Shown here piece after piece: positions 11,245 to 18,810 of a DNA stretch of 64,000 nucleotides. Position 1 is the stretch's first letter, and each line of letters begins with the position of its first letter. This DNA is from a virus: IMG/VR virus record IMGVR_UViG_3300028830_000309. One strand, written 5' to 3'. The position numbers were made by a program, and so were the translations under genes. The notes under the pieces were generated by a model. The model was given only the letters and a program-made list of their open reading frames with translations. It was not told the origin of the DNA and searched no databases.

Positions 11245-13008
11245 ATGAACGCTAAGACATACAAGAGTGACCTCGATAAGCAGACCGAATACGCCGAGAA
11301 GACGGACGCCGACAAGCTGGTGCTGATCGCCCCGAAGTCCTTTGTCCAGGGCATGCGCGATAGCGGCTACAAGTCGACCGCGACCGCGCTGGACGAGTTC
11401 ATCGACAACGCGATCCAGGCCGAAGCCACGCGCGTCGACATCCTCATCGGCTACACGGCGAAGAACACGACGATGAAGAAGCTGGACCGCGAGGCCGGTG
11501 GACTCGTCGCCATCGTCGACGACGGCCACGGCATGACGCAGAAGATGATCCGCGCTGCCGTCCGCTGGGGCGGTACCCACCGCTGGAACGAGCGGGACGG
11601 CATGGGTCGCTTCGGCTTCGGCCTCCCGAGCGCGGCCGTCAGCATCTCCCCGAGCTACGAGGTCTACTCGAAGGTCGCTGGCGGCGAATGGTGGATGGTC
11701 CGCGTCGACCTGGAGTCGATCGGATCCGACGACGCGAGCCACGGCCAGGTGTTCGTCCCCGAGGCGGTGAGCGTGCCGCCCCCCGCCTGGATCCGCGAGG
11801 CGGTCGGGGATCTATCCCACGGAACCGTGATCCTGCTGGATCAGCCGGACCGGCTGACCTCGGGCTTCGTGAACGTCGGAACCTTCAAGGAGAAGATCCT
11901 CCACCACGTCGGCCTCATCTACCGGAACTTCTTCCGCGAGGTGACGATGCGGCTCATCGACACGGGCCGGAAGAACGTCATCACCGAGGTCGAACCGATC
12001 GACCCACTCTTCCTGACGCCCGGCGCGCGCGGATACAACGAGCTCCCGGTGCCGGCCATTGGGCTGCCCGAGGCCACGTTCACGGTGAAGACCAAGGACG
12101 GGCTCTCGACGGGGAGCGTCCGCATTCGCTACGCGCACTTCTCGAAGGAGTTCATGGGCGGCAGGGATACGGCCCGGATGAAGGTCCGCATCGAGAACAT
12201 GGGATTCATCATGGTTCGGAACGGGCGGCAGATCGAAGCCGTCAGGCAGAACCCCTGGTCGGTCCTCATGAACAACGACAAGTTTTGGGGCTGCGAGATC
12301 AACTTCGACGCCGCCCTGGATGAGGACTTCGGCGTCACGACCAACAAGCAGCAGATCAACCCGACGGATCGGATGTGGGACATCCTCGGCAAGAACGGCC
12401 TGGAGAACCAGATCCCCGCGCTGCGGAAGCACTACAAGGACCAGCACGCGAAGGACGCGGCCAGGAAGGACGCCGAGGCGCCGAAACCGTCGGAGCAGAT
12501 CGCCAAGAAGACCGAGAAGTTCCGGAAGAAGCGGACGGTGAAACCCACCCCGGAGAAGCAGCGCGAGAGCGAAGTCCGGATGAAGGAGGAGATCACCAAG
12601 GTCCAGCATGAGACCGGCAAGCCGGCCGACGAGATCGCCGCCGCCATCGAGAACTCGCCCTACAAGGTCGACTTCGAGAACCTGCCGGGCGCTCCGTTCT
12701 TCCGCCTGCTCCTTTTCGGGTCGCAGAAGCGGGTCCTCATCAACTCGGCACACAGGTTCTACACCGACCTCTACTCGGCTCCGGAGACCGACCAGCGCAC
12801 GAAGACCGCCCTCGAGCTCCTGCTCTTCGTCCTGGGGGAGTGCGAACTCGAGACGACGCCGGACAAGGAGCGCTTCTACGTGGGTGAGCGCAACGAGTGG
12901 TCGCTGCGCCTGAACATTATGCTCGAGGAGCTCGACCACTCGGACCCCGTGGACGACATCCGCGAAGAGCTGGAGGCGGAGGTCACGCCGTCCCAGCCGG
13001 CCATGTAG
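11245..13008 (+). CDS. MORC-type GHKL (HATPase_c) ATPase, copy 1
   Basis: Start moved to ATG 11245 (MNAKTY). N-box ALDEFIDNAIQA, G1 IVDDGHGM, G2 GRFGFGLPSA, S5-like domain RNGRQI...DFGVTTNKQ, and a charged coiled-coil. Confidence 0.85.
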   Translation: MNAKTYKSDLDKQTEYAEKTDADKLVLIAPKSFVQGMRDSGYKSTATALDEFIDNAIQAEATRVDILIGYTAKNTTMKKLDREAGGLVAIVDDGHGMTQKMIRAAVRWGGTHRWNERDGMGRFGFGLPSAAVSISPSYEVYSKVAGGEWWMVRVDLESIGSDDASHGQVFVPEAVSVPPPAWIREAVGDLSHGTVILLDQPDRLTSGFVNVGTFKEKILHHVGLIYRNFFREVTMRLIDTGRKNVITEVEPIDPLFLTPGARGYNELPVPAIGLPEATFTVKTKDGLSTGSVRIRYAHFSKEFMGGRDTARMKVRIENMGFIMVRNGRQIEAVRQNPWSVLMNNDKFWGCEINFDAALDEDFGVTTNKQQINPTDRMWDILGKNGLENQIPALRKHYKDQHAKDAARKDAEAPKPSEQIAKKTEKFRKKRTVKPTPEKQRESEVRMKEEITKVQHETGKPADEIAAAIENSPYKVDFENLPGAPFFRLLLFGSQKRVLINSAHRFYTDLYSAPETDQRTKTALELLLFVLGECELETTPDKERFYVGERNEWSLRLNIMLEELDHSDPVDDIREELEAEVTPSQPAM

Positions 13009-13029
13009 GATCCACCATCGAGTCAACTC

Positions 13030-13061
13030 GGGGGGCGGCTCACACCGCCCCCTCTTTTTTT
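13030..13061 (+). terminator. Intrinsic terminator between the two GHKL ATPase genes
   Basis: GGGGGCGG-CTCACA-CCGCCCCC followed by TCTTTTTTT. Confidence 0.8.
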
Positions 13062-13075
13062 ATACGGGAGGGTAT

Positions 13076-14509
13076 CTGGGACGGAGTCGCGAGTCAGAGC
13101 TTGTCCTGGTAGCCCCGTTCCTGGAGGCGTTCCGCGACGCCGGCTATAAGGGGCTGCCCGGCGCGCTCGCGGAGCTGATCGACAACGCCCTGGACGCCGC
13201 CGCGACGCAGGTCGAGGTCACGATCGAGGACGACGGGTCGACCGTCCAGCGCGTGACCGTTCTCGACAACGGCACCGGCATGCCGCCGGATGTCCTGCAA
13301 CTCGCCCTCCAGTTCGGCGGCACCACCCGCGATCGCGACCAGGGGTCGCTCGGTCGCTACGGTATCGGCCTCCCCGGGTCCTCCATGAGCCAGGCCCGAC
13401 GCCTGGACGTCTACACCTGGACGTCGCCCGGGCCATCCTTCCACGCCGCGCTCTCGCTCGACGACGTGCGCGCTGGGAAGCAGCGCGGCATCCCCGTCCC
13501 GAAGCGCGTCCCGTCGCCGGTCACGATCCCCGACTGGGCCCCCACGGGGACGCTCGTCGTCTGGACGTCGTGCGACCGCGTCATCCGCCCCTGGGGCCAG
13601 GGAATCTCCAGGCTCCGCCGCGTCCTCGGACGGACCTTCCGCGAGTCGATCTGGGCTGGCGCTACCATCCGTCTCAACGGCCACGCTCTGGCCGCTGTCG
13701 ACCCCCTCCACCTCCACGAGGAGGACGCAGCCCCGTACGGCCCGCCCCTCACGTTCGACCTCCGCATCGGACGCCGACCATCCCGCGTTACCGTCCGCTT
13801 CTCGGAACTCCCCATCGAGGACTGGCATGGCTACACCCCCGTCGAGAAGCGGCGCCTCGGCGTGACGAAGGGGGCCGGGGTCTCGGTCCTCCGATCGCAG
13901 CGGGAGATCGACGCCGGCTGGTTCTTCATGGGGACGAAGCGCCGGGAGAATTACGACGACTGGTGGCGCTGTGAGGTCGCCTTCCTCCCCGACTTGGACG
14001 AGCTGTTCGGCGTCACCCACACGAAGCAGGGGATCCACCCGACGGAATCGCTGGACGCCGTTCTGACCCCCGACGTGGAGCGGATCGCCCACGCGCTCAA
14101 CCGACGCGTCCGAGACCGCTTCGCGAAGCTGAAGAAGCGGGACGAGGGCCACGCCGTCCGCCGCGCCGAAGCCCACGACCACCTCCTGGAACCCCCTGCA
14201 GGGGGAGGGGATACGAAGCGCTCCACGGGGCCGCTCCGTGGTCTACGCTACCGCGTCGTGCGCGCGCCCATCTCCGACGAACGCTTCTACTCGATCTCTC
14301 GCTCGGGCGACGAGCTGACCCTCACGTTCAACGCCTCGCACCCCTTCGCCGCGGCGCTCGACGGCTCGATCTCGCCCCAGTCTCTCGTGGAACTCCTCCT
14401 CCTCGCGTCGGCCCGCGCCGAGCTCGCCCTGACGACCCGCGGCTCGCAGCGCGCCCTCTCAACCTTCCGAACGGCCTGGAGCAACGCCCTGGCGGCATTC
14501 CTGGGATGA
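13076..14509 (+). CDS. MORC-type GHKL ATPase, copy 2 (start probably non-canonical)
   Basis: The N-box ALAELIDNALDA lies upstream of the track start (13253) in the same open frame. G1 VLDNGTGM, G2 GRYGIGLPGS, RSQREID...ELFGVTHTKQ. Proposed CTG start at 13076 after GGAGG. Confidence 0.8.
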   Translation: MGRSRESELVLVAPFLEAFRDAGYKGLPGALAELIDNALDAAATQVEVTIEDDGSTVQRVTVLDNGTGMPPDVLQLALQFGGTTRDRDQGSLGRYGIGLPGSSMSQARRLDVYTWTSPGPSFHAALSLDDVRAGKQRGIPVPKRVPSPVTIPDWAPTGTLVVWTSCDRVIRPWGQGISRLRRVLGRTFRESIWAGATIRLNGHALAAVDPLHLHEEDAAPYGPPLTFDLRIGRRPSRVTVRFSELPIEDWHGYTPVEKRRLGVTKGAGVSVLRSQREIDAGWFFMGTKRRENYDDWWRCEVAFLPDLDELFGVTHTKQGIHPTESLDAVLTPDVERIAHALNRRVRDRFAKLKKRDEGHAVRRAEAHDHLLEPPAGGGDTKRSTGPLRGLRYRVVRAPISDERFYSISRSGDELTLTFNASHPFAAALDGSISPQSLVELLLLASARAELALTTRGSQRALSTFRTAWSNALAAFLG

Positions 14510-16470
14510 CCTCGGCGCTCGTCCCCTTCACGCCCGCGGTCGGTGACGCCGCCAGCGACCTCTGCGCCTTCGCCTCGCGGATCGCCGCGGGGGACCTCAC
14601 CGGCGCCCGCCGGGACCTCTACGCCCGCTCCTCCGGCACGGCCACGACGCCCGTCCTCCGCCTGCTCGTCGCCCAGAGCCTCCTCGCGGACCTAGCCGAG
14701 CAGGGCTGGGGGATCGAGAGCACCTGCCCGACGATCGCGCTCGTCGCCCCGACCGGGAACGGCAACGCCGCCGACGCCAAGGAGCGGATCCGAAACGCCC
14801 ACTTGGTGGAGCGGAACACTCACCTCCGGCAGCGCCCGGTCCACGAGTTCGTCGCCAGCCTGGAGCAGCGCCGCCTCACCGGTACGGGCTGGCACAGCGT
14901 CTACTCGCTGATGCGCGACGGCAGCAAGCTCGCGGCCTCCCTGCAGGCGGCCGCCCAGTCCACAGATCCTGATCCGCTCCGCGCCGCGATCGACCCGTAT
15001 GTCGTGGCCGTCACGCCGGACGGCATCTGCCCGCACACCGGCCTCTCGCTCGCCGACGTCTGGCGCTACTTCCGCCTGACCTGGGTCAACGCGCCGAAGT
15101 CCGTCCCGGGCCGCTCCATGCCGATCCTGATCCGCGACCGCGCCGCGCCGAACCACCCGGTGATCGGGATCGCGTCGCTCGGCTCGTCCGTCGTCCAGCA
15201 GGGCCTCCGCGACACGTGGATCGGCTGGGACTCAACGACGGTCATCGCCCAGATCGTCGACCGCCCGACCACGACGTGGGCCCGGTGGATCCTCGCGCGT
15301 CTCGACGCCCTCCTGGCCGGGATCGCGACCGCGGACCTCGTCTCGGACGGCACGATCACCCGGCGGGAGATCCGCACGCCGACCGCCGATACCGTCGAGC
15401 GCCTCCGGGCCGCCGGCGTCGAAGCCCGCCGCCTCCACGAGCTCTACCCTGACGCCACGGGCCACAAGCGTGGGCACGAGGACTGGAAGGCCGCCTCACG
15501 CACCCCCCTCTTCACGGCGAAGCGCTGCGAGACCCTGGCGCGGCTCCTCGGCATCCGCCTGGCCGTCGTCGGCGCCGGGCTCACGACCGGCACCCGCGCC
15601 GAGTTGCAGTCCGCCCTCGCGTCCAGCGCGTTCCGCTTCGCGGTCGGCCAGCTCGCCCGGCTCACGAAGGCCGAGCACGTCGGCATCGACATGATGGACA
15701 TCACCGTGTGCGGCGCGATCGCCCCGTACGGGCACCTGCTGGGTGGGAAGCTGGTCTGCGCCCTCCTCACGAGTCCAGAGGTGGTGATCGAGTACCGCCG
15801 CCGCTACGGGGACCAGGAGAGCATCATCGCGTCGTCCGTGGCCGGCACGGCCGTCCGGCGCGCGCCGAACCTCGTCCTCCTCGGGACGACGAGCCTCTAC
15901 GGCTCCGGGTCCAGCCAGTACAACCGGATCAGGATCCCGCTCGCTGAACTCGGCGCGAAGGGCGACGGAGATCTCCGCTACGAGGAACTGGGACTCTCGA
16001 AGGGCTACGGCTCCTTCCACGTCAGCGGCACGACCGTCCGGCTGATCAGTACGCTCCTCTCACGCCGGAAGGGCGGGCGCAAGGTGAACAGCATCTTCGG
16101 CGAGGGCGTGAACCCGCTCATGCGGAAGATCCGCGAGGCGCTGGAACTCCTCGATCTCCCGAGCGACACGCTCCTGCTCCACGGGGCCCAGCGCGTCGTC
16201 TACGGCGTCCCACTCGCCCGGAACTTCCGCGACGTCCTCCTGGGAATCTCCGAGCGCCCGTCGTACTTCCTGCCGCTCGCCCAGGCCGAGCGCGCCACGG
16301 ACGCCCTTGCCGCGTGGTGGCGCCGCCGGTGGCTCGCCGGCCGGATCACGCGCCCGGGCATCCTCGACGCCGTCGCCTCGCACACGCTGTCGTACCCCGT
16401 CCGCCATGGCGCGCGCGTCCCCGACGTCCGGGACGAGGAGCAGGAGACACTCTTCGACGACGAGACCTAA
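14506..16470 (+). CDS. druA: DUF4338 / Druantia DruA-like protein
   Basis: 654 aa, ATGA-coupled to ATPase 2. Motifs DITVCGAIAPYGHLLGGKLV, LGTTSLYGSGSSQYNRI and GxSxGYGSFH match my recollection of DruA/DUF4338. Confidence 0.75.
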   Translation: MTSALVPFTPAVGDAASDLCAFASRIAAGDLTGARRDLYARSSGTATTPVLRLLVAQSLLADLAEQGWGIESTCPTIALVAPTGNGNAADAKERIRNAHLVERNTHLRQRPVHEFVASLEQRRLTGTGWHSVYSLMRDGSKLAASLQAAAQSTDPDPLRAAIDPYVVAVTPDGICPHTGLSLADVWRYFRLTWVNAPKSVPGRSMPILIRDRAAPNHPVIGIASLGSSVVQQGLRDTWIGWDSTTVIAQIVDRPTTTWARWILARLDALLAGIATADLVSDGTITRREIRTPTADTVERLRAAGVEARRLHELYPDATGHKRGHEDWKAASRTPLFTAKRCETLARLLGIRLAVVGAGLTTGTRAELQSALASSAFRFAVGQLARLTKAEHVGIDMMDITVCGAIAPYGHLLGGKLVCALLTSPEVVIEYRRRYGDQESIIASSVAGTAVRRAPNLVLLGTTSLYGSGSSQYNRIRIPLAELGAKGDGDLRYEELGLSKGYGSFHVSGTTVRLISTLLSRRKGGRKVNSIFGEGVNPLMRKIREALELLDLPSDTLLLHGAQRVVYGVPLARNFRDVLLGISERPSYFLPLAQAERATDALAAWWRRRWLAGRITRPGILDAVASHTLSYPVRHGARVPDVRDEEQETLFDDET

Positions 16471-16483
16471 GGAGGGACGCGCT

Positions 16484-17680
16484 GTGGCGACCGTGACGCG
16501 CACGACGAACCCGATCCACTTCGAGGATCTCGAGCCGCACCGCTTCGAAGACCTCGTCCGCCAGCTCATCTACGACCTGAAGGACTGGTCGAGGATCGAG
16601 GGAACCGGACGCGCCGGATCTGACGACGGGTTCGACATCCGCGCCTGGGAGCGCCTGCCCGGCACTACGCCGAAGGGCGAAGGTGCGAGCGAGGACGACG
16701 GAGAGGGCGACGGAGAACTAGCGCCACAAGAGCGCCTCTGGATGATCCAGTGCAAGCGCGAGAAGACGATCAACCCGGCGAAGGTGAAGAAGATCGTCCG
16801 TGAGACATTCGACGCTCCGGAGGAGAAGCCGAAAGCCTACGCGCTGATCGCCGCCTGCGACTTCTCCAAGGCGGCCCGTGACGCCCTCCGGACCGAGATG
16901 GTCGAGCGGAAAGTGGAGGAGCACTTCATCTGGGGACGGAGTGAACTCGAGGACCTGCTCTTCCTTCCGAAGAATGACCACCTCCTCTTCGCCTACTTCG
17001 GCATCTCGCTTCAGGTTCGGCGGCGCTCCCTCCGCGCGGACACCTCGCGCGTTCTCACTCTCAAGCGAAAGCTCGTGAAGGTCCTCGGCGATATCCGTGG
17101 GACGCACCACATGGATGTCCTGATCCGCGACCCGAAGGACACGACCTACCCGGAGATCGACGATCTAGCCGCCTTCAAGAAGAAGCCGAGATGGAAGTAC
17201 CTCCCCTTCGTCGGACACACACCGCCGGGACACGTCGCCTTCATCTGCCGGCAGCGCTTCGCATGGATCAAGCGCGAGTCGAAGGAGTGGGACGTTGTCT
17301 CTGGCCTCGATGCTGGCGGCCACAGCCACGAGATCTACGGACTCAAGGAGCCCTACGAGCGCGACGAGCGCTACCTGAAGGTCTACGCCTTCTGGAACTC
17401 CGTCATTCCCCGCCACGAACGGGCGTGGATGAAGGAACTCTGCTTCATCCCCTACGAGCGGATCTACGCGCTGGACGAGATCGGCGACGCGTACCACCCG
17501 GGCCCGCACCTGCTCGTTGACTTCCTGCCGGACGGCCAGCCGTTCGAACCGTTCGCCTGGTACACGCTCGACCCGGACGATCGGTACTCCGAGCACATCG
17601 GGGCCAATAAGGAACTGCGGCGACATCTATTCCCAGATCCCATTCCAGACCCGCCTGCCGAGGAGAAGCCGACTGCCTAA
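16484..17680 (+). CDS. Mrr-like restriction endonuclease (N-terminal PD-(D/E)XK) with uncharacterised C-terminal domain
   Basis: GTG start after AAGGAGG. Motifs FEDLVRQL, GRAGSDDGFDI, IQCKR and LIAACDFS. Confidence 0.75.
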   Translation: MATVTRTTNPIHFEDLEPHRFEDLVRQLIYDLKDWSRIEGTGRAGSDDGFDIRAWERLPGTTPKGEGASEDDGEGDGELAPQERLWMIQCKREKTINPAKVKKIVRETFDAPEEKPKAYALIAACDFSKAARDALRTEMVERKVEEHFIWGRSELEDLLFLPKNDHLLFAYFGISLQVRRRSLRADTSRVLTLKRKLVKVLGDIRGTHHMDVLIRDPKDTTYPEIDDLAAFKKKPRWKYLPFVGHTPPGHVAFICRQRFAWIKRESKEWDVVSGLDAGGHSHEIYGLKEPYERDERYLKVYAFWNSVIPRHERAWMKELCFIPYERIYALDEIGDAYHPGPHLLVDFLPDGQPFEPFAWYTLDPDDRYSEHIGANKELRRHLFPDPIPDPPAEEKPTA

Positions 17681-17782
17681 ACGGCGCCCCAACGTTCGCC
17701 GCGGATTGCAAGGCGAACTGCGCTCGTCTCCTTGCGCCACCGATCGCCACGACGTTCACTGGGGTAGGTAACACCCCTCCAC

Positions 17783-18238
17783 CTGGCCACCGTCATCTCC
17801 GAGTCCGAGTTCGCCGCAAGGCTCCGCCGTCTCCTCCCACCGATCGGATCGAGGTACTACCGATCGGTAACTGGCCCCGGGAGGAGCGGCGCGATCGCCT
17901 CCGCGTACGCGAGCCACATCCTCGGCATCCCGTGGATCCCCGCCGGAGCGAAGGTGCCCGCGAAGCTCTTGCCCGTCCTCGTCATCGACACGGCGGCCGA
18001 GACCGGACAGACCCTCCGGAAGGCCGCCCGTCGCACTGGTGCCCCGGACCAGGCCGTGTCGACGCTCGCGGTCTACGTGGAACCCCCACGCGTGCGCTTC
18101 TGGTACGAGGAGCCGTTCGTGCGCCCGTACCTGGCCATCAAGCGCGAGACGGTCGCCCGAACCGCCAAGATGCCGGCGAATGATCCTTCGCTCCTCGACC
18201 ATGACTCGCAGGACGAGATCAACCCGGAGCTGTGTTGA
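17783..18238 (+). CDS. Type I phosphoribosyltransferase-like protein
   Basis: Frame open from a TAG at 17765; proposed CTG start. VTGPGRSGAIASAYASHILGIP and a PRPP-loop-like VLVIDTAAETGQTL. Confidence 0.55.
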   Translation: MATVISESEFAARLRRLLPPIGSRYYRSVTGPGRSGAIASAYASHILGIPWIPAGAKVPAKLLPVLVIDTAAETGQTLRKAARRTGAPDQAVSTLAVYVEPPRVRFWYEEPFVRPYLAIKRETVARTAKMPANDPSLLDHDSQDEINPELC

Positions 18239-18390
18239 TGCGGTCACCAGCGATCCGGACACTTGAGGATCGATGACGACCCGCAGTATGGAGACACGGA
18301 CGTTTGCAGTGACGACTGCAGCTGCCTCCGCTTCCGTCCTTGCCCAACGCGCTCCCTACTGCGGCGCCTCGCAGACCTCATCCGCCACTC

Positions 18391-18756
18391 ATGACCACCA
18401 CCCTCGGCCAGACCATCCGGAAGCACCGCGAAGCCCTCGGCCTCTCGCTCCGCGTCTTCGGCCAGAAGGCCGGCGTCCACGCGCCCTACATGAGCAACAT
18501 CGAGCGCGGCACGAAGACCCCGCACGATGCCCTGCTCCTCCGCATCGCTGCAGCCCTCGGTGTGAAGGGAGATGAGCTGCTTCACCTCAGCCCCTACGTG
18601 CCCGTCCCAGCCCTCCGCGCGCGCTGCAAGGAGGATCCAGAGCTGGCCTACGCAATACGCGTCATCCTGCGCTGGAAGATCAGCGGGGAGGACCTTCTGG
18701 CCCTCCCCAAGATCCACGGTCACCTGACGCGAAAGGTCACCGCGGCAGGATCCTAG
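18391..18756 (+). CDS. XRE-family helix-turn-helix regulator
   Basis: LGQTIRKHREALGLSLRVFGQKAGVHAPYMSNIERG. Confidence 0.85.
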   Translation: MTTTLGQTIRKHREALGLSLRVFGQKAGVHAPYMSNIERGTKTPHDALLLRIAAALGVKGDELLHLSPYVPVPALRARCKEDPELAYAIRVILRWKISGEDLLALPKIHGHLTRKVTAAGS

Positions 18757-18810
18757 TTACGCACCTGACACGGTGCAAAACTTGTTCATAAGCTGCCAGG
18801 AGGTTCGGAT

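Noticed and set aside
17686-17764. Integron attC-like hairpin after the nuclease gene
   Set aside because: No proper RYYYAAC/GTTRRRY pair, no integron integrase and no repeated cassettes.
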